Below, one piece after another: positions 21,001 to 31,200 of a stretch of 64,000 bases of DNA. Within the stretch, counting starts at the first letter, position 1, and each line of letters starts with the position of its first letter. The DNA is from Thecamonas trahens ATCC 50062 (Eukaryota; Protista; Apusomonadida), in NCBI RefSeq assembly GCF_000142905.1, contig NW_013657657.1, positions 248,001-312,000 on the forward strand. Reading direction: 5' to 3'. Below the pieces are notes generated by a model. That model did no database searches, was not told the DNA's origin, and saw nothing but the letters and a program-made list of their open reading frames with translations. A program made the translations under genes and the position numbers.

Positions 21001-21326
21001 TCCGCGCCGCCCAGACCGGCTTCTTCATCTCGATCGTCATCGTCCAGTGGGCTGACGTCCTCGCTTGCAAGACCCGCATGCTCTCGCTCTTCCAGCAGGG
21101 CATGAAGAACATGGTCATGAACGCCGGTCTCGTCGAGGAGACCATCCTCTGCATCATCCTCGCCTACGTGCCGTTCATCAACCTTGTCTTTGGCTCGCGC
21201 CCTGTCAAGCTTATCCACTGGCTCGCCCCGGTCCCGTTCTCGCTTGCCATCCTCGTCTATGACGAGCTCCGCAAGGCTGTCATCCGCCGCTCCAACGGTT
21301 TTATCAAGCGCACCACCTACTACTAA
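18012..21326 (+). CDS. ATP1A: Na+/K+-transporting P-type ATPase alpha subunit (P2C)
   Basis: DNASLTGES, VANVPEGLL, CSDKTGTLTQN, KGAPE, MVTGDHP, TGDGVNDSPALK, SNIPEI, DLGTD and C-terminal TTYY. The exact start is uncertain because an ACAG acceptor lies at 18030. Confidence 0.95.
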   Translation: MSLFDTVSDDSYYSGYYSDEEVGRPAPAAAAPPKYSSRGDRGSKGSSGRNAGGSSRRASGRKSSTRTPVQTDIVRTMSEISAKYEQASAKAARGLNLTRSEMRACNELRMDQHLMSLDELMNDPVYKTDPERGLSKSVAAERLKANGPNELTPEDKVPEWKKFVEQMTGWFSLLLWAGSALSFFGYILDSEGVENLYIGIVLAVVVFLTGVFSYMQERKSSKIMEKFKDFLPKTTRVIRDGTEMSVPVENLVLGDVVKVKYGDTIPADLRMIEVAGLKVDNASLTGESEPQARDTNVSEENPLEATNLAFFLTAAVEGTATGVVINCGDDTIMGRIAKLVATTEQRKTPIQKEIDRFILIISTVAMVLGISFFLVGVANGTPWISNLVFMIGIIVANVPEGLLATVTVSLSLTAQRMARKKVLVKLLDAVETLGATTTICSDKTGTLTQNVMTVAHLFYNGNLEDCDFAGTTQDKTWEWDAPEFQELRRVAMLCNNAAFDEDEEAMKIANKLDRPVSGDASETAILKFTESICRGGDTVKDYRKRNTKGHPPHVREIIFNSKNKWQLSIHELEDDPDQLLLCIKGAPERIMRMCSHVYRDGRERTFTEAEKARVLAGQNTCAENGERILGFAEYYLPKSDFPVDYDFDMTYPYNFPGPPSVDELADDSLDLGRYTFVGFMAMMDPPREAVPGAVAKCKSAGIKVIMVTGDHPTTAKAIAKMVNIITSPTAEDIAKERGTEVTPAIRAEARSIVKAGWELPEFTEEDWHFVLDHEQIVFARTSPQQKLFIVSHCQERHEIVAVTGDGVNDSPALKQADIGIAMGIMGSDVAKAAADMILLDDNFASIVNGIEEGRITFDNLKKSIAYTLSSNIPEITPFLSFITFGMPLPLSTVLILCVDLGTDMLPAISFAYEMAESDIMDRKPRARDDNLVTSRLISFSYLQVGIFQALAGFFMYLVILGDKGFRPSILPGTGIDWSRDKNLMIAGENYVVRDEALRAAQTGFFISIVIVQWADVLACKTRMLSLFQQGMKNMVMNAGLVEETILCIILAYVPFINLVFGSRPVKLIHWLAPVPFSLAILVYDELRKAVIRRSNGFIKRTTYY

Positions 21327-21579
21327 GCTTGAGCCGTGCCGACTTGGCTTTTAAAAAACATCACAACAACATTCTTCTTTCCCCCCCTCCCCTCCCCCTC
21401 GACCACCGGACCTTGTGACTCGCGCCACCGCGAACACCGGAAATGAGCCAACTCGAGTCACACGACTACCCACCCCCCTCCCCCACCCGCCTCCCCCCCC
21501 CCCCTCCCCCACCCGCCGCTCTCTCCCTTTCCCCTCACAGGATCCAACCTACAGAGCAGTACCCCCTCCGGTCCAAGCC

Positions 21580-23466
21580 ATGTACCACCCCACGGCCGTC
21601 ACCGCCGCCACCACCCTCCTCCTCCTCTTCCTCCTCACGGCTCTCCTTGCCGCGACACCCACCACGACGACCACTACGACGACCACCACGACGACCACCA
21701 TACCCCCAAAGGTGGCATACAGCGGAGTCGGCGTAGGTAGGGACAAGGAGCAAAGAGCAAGACCCTCTGCTACAGGCAATCACACCACCCGGTTCTGGCC
21801 ATGTGGTGTGTATGGACGTGATGGCGACGGCAGTGAGTATGGTCAAGATGATGGTGCTGATGGTGCTCATGCTCCCGATGGTGTTGATGCCAGCGGCTGG
21901 CAAGGAGTCGGCGAGAATGGTCTGCTCAACACACCCTTGCTCTTCCCCTCGTCGCCTCTGCCGCGCCATGTCTCGTTTTCCATTCCAAAGGCGTATGCCC
22001 AGCTCGCTGTCCTCCGCGCTGTGCTCTCGCCAGCGCCCAACCAGCACCCGATGGATAATACTGCCGTCTTGGTCTCGTCTCGCCACCGCCACCCGACTCG
22101 CGCCTCGGCACAGTGGTCCATGCAATGGTCGTTCCTCGGCTTTGACACCGACGACCGCGATGATAAGAGCACGTTCGATGCCTCGGATCGTGCCGGCCTT
22201 CCCTCGCTTGCCGCCTCACTCCATGTGCTTCCGCCAACGGCTCAGGCGCTGTTTCTCTCGCGGTCGTCGCTGCCGCCGCTTCCTCGCGACACCTCGGTTC
22301 TCCATGTCACCATCGATGGGCCAGGCGACGTGGTGCTGCAGCTGGTTCGATATGACGCTAACGTCATTCCGGGCGACGCCGGCAATCTGCGCGTTGATCC
22401 GCATCCGGGCCCGGGCGGCGTGGTTGACGTCTGGTGGGCTGCGCCGCGCAATCTGGGCCACGGAGAGTTTACCGCTCACGCCTTTTCGGCGCCACTGGCG
22501 ACCAACGTCTCGATTGAGACCATGCTCTGTCGCATCGGCTCGCTCATGGACGCGCAGTCTGCGCTCAACGCACCACAGTCGCTGAGCCTCACCTCGACTC
22601 TGCGGCTCTCCGACGCGCGCTACGTCTCGACCTTCTCAGGCCTCCCGCCGGGCTTCCACGTTCTCAACATGGTGCTCTTCTCGCTGGTGGACGGCTCGCG
22701 GCTTGCGCTCTCGCCCGTAGTGGTCTTTCAGCCGCCGCCCCCGGCGCCAATGCCAGCACTCGCGCTGGCGGTCCTTATTCCGCTGGTCTTTTTCGTTTGC
22801 ATCTTCCTCATTGCGCTCTTTCTCCGCGGTCTCTCTGTTCGCGCTGCCGGCATTCCGCTCGCATCACGCGGCGGAATGTGCGCGGCACTCTGCTGCTGCT
22901 GCGCCTCACTCTTCTTCCGCCCTTCACGGACCCGGTGGAAGTACACACTTGCTTTTGACGCCGCTGTTGCCGACCAGCCCGAGCTCCCGCCGCCGCCGCT
23001 TGTCGGCCCGATGTTTATTCCGGGCTCGTCGCGGCCGTCGTCGATTGCGTCGGCGCCGCTGCCAATGGCGTCGTCGGCACCGTCGCACAACCCGCCGCCG
23101 CATTCGGCATACACGTACGACCCGGCATCGTCGGCCGGCGCACGCACGCTTCCGTCGTCGTTTGCAGCTCGTTTCATGGCTACTGACAACGCCTTTGCGA
23201 GCCCAAACGCGGCGCACAGCTCTCCCGCGCTCGGCTTGGGCGGCACGACCTCGCGCTACTTTGGCTCGGCCTCGTCGTCGCTCTCGGCCTCGTCTTCGTC
23301 ACACCTCTCTGACGATGCGCGGCGGCTCTTGGCCCACTGCGCTATCGTCCCGCCACACCTTGCCACCCCGCCGCGCACCGACTCGACCTTCCTCTATGCT
23401 TCGTCGACGACCTCGTCGTCGGGTGTCGACGACGACGACGACATCTTTGGCACTACCCCGCCTTAG
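21580..23466 (+). CDS. Type I single-pass membrane protein of unknown function
   Basis: Signal peptide (LLLLFLLTALLA), poly-Thr stretch, TM helix LALAVLIPLVFFVCIFLIALFL, juxtamembrane CCCC, Ser/Pro-rich tail. Confidence 0.7.
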   Translation: MYHPTAVTAATTLLLLFLLTALLAATPTTTTTTTTTTTTTIPPKVAYSGVGVGRDKEQRARPSATGNHTTRFWPCGVYGRDGDGSEYGQDDGADGAHAPDGVDASGWQGVGENGLLNTPLLFPSSPLPRHVSFSIPKAYAQLAVLRAVLSPAPNQHPMDNTAVLVSSRHRHPTRASAQWSMQWSFLGFDTDDRDDKSTFDASDRAGLPSLAASLHVLPPTAQALFLSRSSLPPLPRDTSVLHVTIDGPGDVVLQLVRYDANVIPGDAGNLRVDPHPGPGGVVDVWWAAPRNLGHGEFTAHAFSAPLATNVSIETMLCRIGSLMDAQSALNAPQSLSLTSTLRLSDARYVSTFSGLPPGFHVLNMVLFSLVDGSRLALSPVVVFQPPPPAPMPALALAVLIPLVFFVCIFLIALFLRGLSVRAAGIPLASRGGMCAALCCCCASLFFRPSRTRWKYTLAFDAAVADQPELPPPPLVGPMFIPGSSRPSSIASAPLPMASSAPSHNPPPHSAYTYDPASSAGARTLPSSFAARFMATDNAFASPNAAHSSPALGLGGTTSRYFGSASSSLSASSSSHLSDDARRLLAHCAIVPPHLATPPRTDSTFLYASSTTSSSGVDDDDDIFGTTPP

Positions 23467-23519
23467 CACCGGCCCTGCAGACGTAGCGCGTGGTTTACCG
23501 TTACAGCCATCCTCCTCTA

Positions 23520-24569
23520 TCATTCGTCGTGTTTTGACGACTTCGACTTGGCCTTGGACTTGGACTTTGACTTTGACTTTGACTTGTCCTTGCTCTTTGA
23601 CTTTGACTTGTCCTTGCTCTTGGCCTTGTCCTTGCTCTTGGCCTTGTCCTTGGCCTTGGCCTTCCCCTTCTTCTTCCCCTTCCCTTTCTCCTTCCCCTTT
23701 GCCTCGTCCTTCTCCTCATCATCCGTGTCGGCCCCAGCCTCAGTGGCCGCCTCAAACCCACGGGCACGCTTGCTCGCCGGGACATCATCGGCGGCGGGCG
23801 AGGCCTCGGGCTTGGCCTTGCCGCGCTTGCGCTTGGCCTCGCCGCGCTTGTGGCGGTAGACCGGCTCCGGCGGGACAAACGAGTCGACAGTCGGCTGGCG
23901 GCCTGCAGCCTGGAGAGTGGCACCCTTGGCAGCCATTGCCTGCTTAAAGTAGTCCTCCATCGAGACCGAGGCCGTGTGAGTAGGGATGGATGAGGCATCG
24001 GCATGAAGCTCTGGCTTGGGCGAGGATGTGGCCGCCGGCGTCGGCGTGGCTGATGGCGACGACGCGCCCGACGATGAGGCCGGGCGGCCAAAGATGGCCG
24101 ACAGATCCTCGTCAGCGTACGAGTTGACGTCCTTGGACGAGACAAACTTGGAGTAGAAGATCTTCTTGGAGCCCGCCCGGCGATCAGCAGCACGCTGGGC
24201 AGCAGTCTTCTTGACCTTGGCCTTGGGCACAAAGACCCGCGGTGGCTCATCATCGGCCTCCCCGTCCTTGACCTTGTCTAGTGCGTGCTTGGCGTTGAGC
24301 TTGGCCAGGATCGATGAGAAAGCGTCGGCGTTTGCCAGCCAGTTCTCCGACGCCAGCGACGCCCCAATACCCTTCTTGTCGCCCTTCTTGGTCACCGCGA
24401 TGTGGCTTGTCCGTCCGTTTCCGGTTCGTCCAAGCCCAGTTCCAGCCTCCCATCCCATCGACTTCATCAGTCGCTTTCCGTACGTCGACTCGTCCTTGGT
24501 CCATGCCTGGTTGTTGGGGTCTCCGTGATACCGCCGCCGCGAGCCCGAGCTCCGCGAGCTGTCCGTCAT
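23520..24569 (-). CDS. PINX1: PinX1/Gno1 G-patch nucleolar protein
   Basis: DPNNQAWTKDESTYGKRLMKSMGWEAGTGLG...GIGA...W....DAFSSILAKLN, YSKFVSSKDV..Y...DL..IFG, SMEDYF, Lys-rich tail. Confidence 0.9.
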   Translation of the reverse strand: MTDSSRSSGSRRRYHGDPNNQAWTKDESTYGKRLMKSMGWEAGTGLGRTGNGRTSHIAVTKKGDKKGIGASLASENWLANADAFSSILAKLNAKHALDKVKDGEADDEPPRVFVPKAKVKKTAAQRAADRRAGSKKIFYSKFVSSKDVNSYADEDLSAIFGRPASSSGASSPSATPTPAATSSPKPELHADASSIPTHTASVSMEDYFKQAMAAKGATLQAAGRQPTVDSFVPPEPVYRHKRGEAKRKRGKAKPEASPAADDVPASKRARGFEAATEAGADTDDEEKDEAKGKEKGKGKKKGKAKAKDKAKSKDKAKSKDKSKSKSKDKSKSKSKSKSKAKSKSSKHDE

Positions 24570-25260
24570 ATCAACCGCACACACAAAAGCAAACTTTACC
24601 ACACAGAAGACAATGTCCTGAAACACAGCCAAGTTCTTGTTCTTCCCTCGCCTGACTCGTGTAGAGAATGTGAGAGAGGTTGACCGTGCAAGAGAGCAAG
24701 AGAGTGCAAGAGAGATAGCCGGCGCGTGGACGCCTGCCCCGAGCTGGATGTGATGGATGGCCAACGAGGCCGGATCACTCGCACCGGCCATTGCCACCTG
24801 CGAGTTGCGGGGGAGGGGCGCTGAGGAGTACCGCTTCCAAGTCGCAAAAAATAGTCACTCCAGTCCACCCAAACCACGTGACATTTTTGTTGGTTGGGTC
24901 GGTCGTCTTCCAGTTCTTCGTCTCCTCCGCCTTTTGCCGCAAACGTCCAATATTTGTAGCCGCTGACCCCCGAGGCAACCTTCCCCCCCTACACCGGCAT
25001 TCACTCGTCTTCTCACACCGAAACAGGGCTATACGTGTGTATACGCGTTTAAAGCTTTGTTTTGCTTGTTCCAAGTACGTGCCTCCTCCTCTGTGCCTCT
25101 TTCCTGCCCGCTCCACCACCCACCCACGTGGTCGGTTGCTGTTTTGGCGTAGCCGACCCCTTTTTTTGACCCTTTTCCCCTCTCCATCTCTCACCACCAG
25201 CCGCCCGGCCTCCTTCTCCCTGCCACCCTCATGGTGCCCCACATGTTCAGAATGCGAACA

Positions 25261-28200
25261 ATGTACCAAAGTACGGTGTTTGCAGCTGTTGCCTGTCTGC
25301 TGCTTGCAGCCTCAGCCTCGGCAGCCATTATCACCAAGACGGCCACTTCGTCCACTTTCTACGGTTCGCACAACGGCGCACCCTGGTCGGGAAACCGCGC
25401 CCAGGGTGCCCACTGCTGCGGCGCCAGCCAGCATTCGCAGTATCGTATCTTCTACGGCTTCAACCTCAACATCCCGAGTGGTCATGCCGTTGACGGCATC
25501 CAGGTCTCGTACGAGTACATCTCTTCGACCACTGGTTTCTCGGCCTGCGTTAACAAGGACATCACGCTCCGAACCACGTCCGGCTCGGTCATTCTCTCCA
25601 GCAATGCCAAGACCGGATCTAGTTACTTTTCCAGTGGCACCATCTCCAAAGGTTCTTCAACCGACACATGGGGCCTCTCTGGTTCGGCGTCTTCGATCCG
25701 CTCTGCTCTCAATTCGGGTACGTTTGGTGTCGCCGTCCGTGCCACCGGATTCGCCGAGGCATCAAGCTCGTCTGGCCAGATTCCGCTCGCGCCTACCGGG
25801 GGCGATAGTGATGGATCTCGCCGCGTTTCCACCCGTGCGCCCACTGTAGGAACCTGGCGCGTCGACGTCTACAACGGTGACGTGACTATCAAGGTCTGGA
25901 CCCATCAGCTCACCTGCGGCGCGACCGGGCCGTGGCCGACAACCAACGCCGGTTCGACCGCCACTCTTGGCTGCTCAAGCGGTTACACCGGCTCGCGGAC
26001 CCGGTACTGCACGACATCAGGATCGTGGCAGTCCGAGTCCAACGGGTGCACGCTTGTCACCAACTACTGCTCACTCCTTACTGCGCCGTCCAACGGCATC
26101 CTCACCGCCTCATGCTCCAGCAAGCGCTCGCTTGGCGAGGTCTGTGGCACTTTTCAGTGTAACTCTGGGTACCAACTGTCCGGGTCGGCGTCGCGGACTT
26201 GCAACGCCGGACCGTCGTGGTCTGGCTCGGCCGCATCGTGCGTCAAGATCACCAACTACTGCTCACTCCTCACGGCCCCATCCAACGGCTACATCACATC
26301 GGGCTCGTGCTCTGCGCAGCGCTCTATCGGCGAGTCATGTGGAACGTTCCAGTGCAACGGTGGCTACAGCCGCTCTGGCGATGCGTCGCGGACGTGCAAC
26401 GCGGGACCGTCGTGGTCCGGCTCGACAGCGTCGTGCGGACTCATCACCAACTACTGCCCGCTCCTGACCGCACCGGCCAACGGAATCATCACGACCTCGT
26501 GCACCTCCAAGCGCTCGGTCGGGGAGTCGTGCGGCAACTTCCAATGCAACGGCGGGTACCAGCTGAGCGGATCGATGTCGCGGACGTGCCAGTCGAACGC
26601 GGCGTGGGGCGGGTCAGCCGCGTCGTGCTCTCCCATTCCTGACTATTGTCCGCCACCGCCGGCTGCTCCGTCCAACGGCGTCCAGGGCTCATGCTCGCGG
26701 ACGGTTGGTGGCACTTGCTCGTACTCTTGCAACACCGGGTACAATCCCGGCGGCGGCATGACCATCACCTGCCAGTCCAACGGTGCGTGGTCCGGATCGC
26801 CTGCTGCCTGCAACCCGACAGCCGACTACTGTCCCGCGCTCACGGCACCGACGAACGGTAATGCTCCGGCCTCGTATTCGCGGACGATCACCTCTGTCGC
26901 CTCCCCGTACACCTGCAATGCAGGCTACGATCTCTCCGGCTCGGCGTCGCGGACGTGCCAATCTGACGGGACGTGGTCGTCGACAACGCCGACGTGCGTT
27001 CTCGACACGTCATACTGTGGGGCTCGCCCCGCGACCCCGGCCAACGGCAACGCTGGCTCGTGTGGATACTCGATCGGCGCGTCGTGCACCTACGGGTGCA
27101 ACAATGGGTATGAGCCGACAGGCTCGATGACCGTCACCTGCAACTCGGGCGGTGCGTGGTCCGGGAGCCCGGCGTCGTGTGGGCTCAAGACCAACTACTG
27201 CCCGGCACTGACCAACCCAACCAACGGCCAGGATCCTTCGTCGTACTCGCGGGTGCTCGGCGCGGTGGCGTCGCCGTACACGTGCAACTCGGGCTACATC
27301 GTGACTGCGGGCTCGACGTCGCGGACGTGCATGGCCAACTCTGCTGCATCGGGGGTGTGGTCCGGCACGACGCCGACGTGCTCGATCGACAACGCGCACT
27401 GCAGTACGGCGCCGGCGCCGCCGCCCAACTTTTTCATCGACACTTGCTCGGCTGCCCAGTTTGGCGAGTGCATCTACAAGTGCAACAACGGCTACACCCG
27501 CAGCGGCGGAGACCGGTACACGTGCCAGCCGGACACATCCTGGGGCGGTAGCCTCGGGACGTGCTCTCTTACCAACAACTACTGTCCGGCGCTGACGATC
27601 CCGGCCAACAGCAACCGCGGCGCGTGCTCCGGCCAGCTCGGCTCGATCTGTGGCCCGGTCACCTGCAATGCAGGGTACTCGATCTCTGGCTCGGCGTCGC
27701 GGACATGCGAAGACGCTGGGGTGAGTGCGGGAATCTGGAGTGGCACGGCGACAAGCTGTGCGCTCATCACCAACTACTGTACGCTTCCGAGTACGCCGAG
27801 CAACGGCGTGCTGGGAGCGTGCACGCGCTCCATCGGCGGGAGCTGCACGTACACGTGTGGCAACGGGTACGAGACGTCCGGCACGACGACGATCACCTGC
27901 CAGTCGGGACCGACCTGGTCGGGCTCGTTTGGCACGTGCGTCAAGACGAGCGGGTACTGTCCGGTCGAGTCGGCGCCGGCCAACGGCGTGGCGGGGACCG
28001 GGTGCACGGGCCAGATCGGGACGTTGTGCGGACCGGCGAGCTGCAATGCCGGGTACAACCCTTCGGGGACGGCGACGCGGACGTGCAACGCCAACAACGC
28101 GGTGAGTGGGACGTGGAGCGGGACGACGCTGACGTGCGCGATCGACCCGGCTTACTGCACGACGCCTGCGGCGCCGGCCAATGGGGCGATTGGATCGTGC

Positions 28201-31200
28201 CCGCTCTCGATTGGGTCGTCGTGCACCGCGTCGTGCTCGAACGGATACTCGACAGGCGGGCTGACGTCGGTGACTTGCGAGGCCGGTCCGGCGTGGTCGG
28301 GCGTGTTCGGTGCCTGCTCGAAGTATGCTGGGTACTGTGGCGCGCTGCCGCAGCCGTCGAATGGAGTGATTCCAGGCTGCACAGGCATGCTGGGAAGCTC
28401 CTGCGGGGCTGCGAGCTGCAACGCCGGCTACAATCTGGCGGGCGACGCGACGCGTAACTGCATCGACAACGGACCTGGGTTTGGCAGTTGGACCGGCACC
28501 TCGGTCTCGTGCAACATCGAACCGAACCATTGCACGCCGCCGCCGGCACCGGCCAACGGTGCGCTCGGAACGTGCATCACGTCGATCGGCGGCAGCTGCA
28601 GTTACACGTGCGACAACGGATACGAGGTGTCTGGAACCGGAACGATCACGTGCTCGGCCGGACCTACGTGGTCGACGTCGTTCGGGACGTGCGTCAAGAG
28701 CGCCAACTACTGCCCGGCGCACCCGCCGCTGGCCGACGGCAGCAACCCGTCGTGCACCGGCGAGATTGATGAGGTCTGCGGGACGTTCACCTGCAATTCC
28801 GGCTTTGACATTGTTGGCTCGGCAGAACGGACGTGCTTGAACAATGGCCCCATCACGGGGATTTGGTCCGGCACCGCGCCATCGTGCCAAGTCGACAACG
28901 ACTACTGTCCTAGCGGCCCGGCACCGCCCGCCAACGGAGTCAAGGGCTCGTGCGCACGGTACCTTGGTGGAACGTGCGAGTACTCTTGCAACGCAGGATA
29001 CACCAATACCGGCTCGTCCTCGCTGACCTGCACGTCTGGCAAGACCTGGTTGGGCGCTTCCCCCAACTGCGTGCCGTACAATGACTACTGTCCGCCGAAA
29101 ACTTCCATCGAGTATGGTAACGCGCCGGTGTGCAACAACCGCATCAACGAGGTGTGTGGCACCTTCACTTGCAATCCGCCTTTCGCCATTTTTGGCGAGA
29201 AGGATCGGACATGCGGGCCTGACGGCGACTGGATTGGCGACGAGCCGTTTTGCTCGTCGACCGACGTTTCCAAGTCGCTTGTCTACTCGGCGCAGTTCAT
29301 CACGGTCTCGGCCGACGGTCCAGGCTGGCGGATTGAGATCGAGCCGCGGACTGCATCGAACGACACTCTTGCCGAATCGCAGGACTTTCCGTCGGTCCTC
29401 CTGGCGTCGACGCCACCATCGGTCGAGGCGCCGTCGGTGGCACCAGCAGCGGTGTGGAGCGCCGCAAAGTCGCGCTTCCTTATCGAGCTTACCCCGCAAG
29501 TGGTTGCTACCTACTCGCTCAACATCCTGCTCAACGGCGTTGTCATCGGTGCCTCGCCGTACACTCTGGTTGTCGAGGCCGGCGTTCCTGCAGCGCCGAC
29601 GACCTTTGCTACTGGCCGCGGGCTCGGCATTGTTGTGACCGACGACGATTTGTTCCCGCAGAACGAAGTTGTCCGGTTTGCGGTCTTCCCGCACGACCAG
29701 CACGGTAACGTGGTGCCAATGGCGAGCAACCCGGCGACAACGCCGTACGTGGCGACGCTCAAGGGCGCCGGCTTTGCCGAGGGTGACGTCCCGATTGTGT
29801 ATCTGGCGGGCGAGTCGGGACCGACGACGGGCTACGTGTACGAGTACTCGGTGCCGATCGGCGGGCTGCTGACACTGTCTGTGACGCTTGACGGGCTGGC
29901 CATTGCCGACTCGCCGTGGCTGGTCCAGGTGCGTGCAATTTGCGAGCCTGGCAAGCAGGCGCTTCAGATCACGGGCCCATGCGTTCCGTGCGAGAAAGAC
30001 TCGTACTCTGCGCCCGACGGGCGCGAGTGCTTGTTGTGCCCGGACTTTATGACGTCGCCGTCGTCGTCAGGATCGATCGGCAACTGCACGTGTGTGCGTG
30101 GATACTTTGAGAACCTGGCTGTGGTGGGCGCTGATCCGAGCAAGCGGCAGTGCGACGCGTGTCCTGTGGGCGCATCGTGCGCAGGCGGCAACGCGCGGCC
30201 GATTGCGGATCCCGGGTACCACCAGGTGGGTGACGAGTTTGTGTCGTGCCCACAGCCGTCGGCGTGCCTTGGTGCTGGACAGTGCGCACGGGGCTACAAG
30301 GGCGCGTCGTGCACTGACTGCGTCTCGGGCTACTACCGGCTTGGGGACCGCTGCTACAAGTGCAACAAGGCACAGGCGGCTTTCATCGCGACTGGCATTG
30401 CGTTTTTGCTGCTGCTGTTTGTGGCGGCGCTGGTGTACCTCAACACGCGCGAGTCGCACAACCGGATGTACACGGCAGCGGCGTTTATGATCGGTTTCAA
30501 CTCGCTGCAGATCTCGGCGATGTATGGAGAGATCGATCTGCGTTGGCACCCTGTGGCGGAGCAGTTCTTCAACATCCTCTCACTGGCCAACCTCAACATC
30601 GAGCTCACCTCGCCCGAGTGCTCTGTCGACTTTTTCGGTGATCCGTGGTTGATCAAGTGGGTGCTCATGCTCATGCTGCCGATCTTCATGGTCTTCCTTC
30701 TTGGCGTTACTTTTGTGCTTGGCCTCCTCTACCGGCTGTTTGCACGGACGTACGGTGCCAAGTGGGCGGACAGGCACCCGTCGTACTTCCCTGGCGCCGA
30801 AAACTTCTTTGACGCCGGCGGCAAGGCGTCGCGGTCAACGCTGATCAAGTTCCGGATTGGGCGTCTGATGTCCGAGGCACCGTTGACGCCTGCGGCGCTG
30901 CGGCAAGCTGTTGTGCGGACGTTCTTCCAGCTGTTCATCTTCTGCTATCTGCCGTTGACCGCAGTGGTCCTGCGGTACTTTGAGTGCGAGCGCCGCGCGC
31001 CGGGCTCGTCCGAGTACGTCCTCGCCACCGCGCCGTCAGTCGAATGCTACGACGCCACGTACTGGAGTCTGTTCTGGATGGCCATTGCCGGCTCGATCGT
31101 TTACGCGCTCGGTATCCCGCTCTTCACCTACCTCCTCCTCTACTTCCGCAAGCGGCAGATGGCCGAGGTCAACTTCATGCTCCGCTACGGATTCCTCGTG

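Noticed and set aside
17589-21218. 1209-aa antisense ORF over the Na+/K+-ATPase
   Set aside because: Shadow ORF caused by strong GC3 codon bias on the sense gene; the translation has no domain features.
4337-24569. Two G-patch DHX15/Prp43 cofactors (TFIP11, PINX1) as a functional cluster
   Set aside because: They are 17 kb apart with unrelated genes between them; probably coincidence.
27010-29703. 897-aa Arg-rich antisense ORF, and many similar overlapping ORFs across the window
   Set aside because: Off-frame or antisense products of GC-rich coding DNA with few stop codons.
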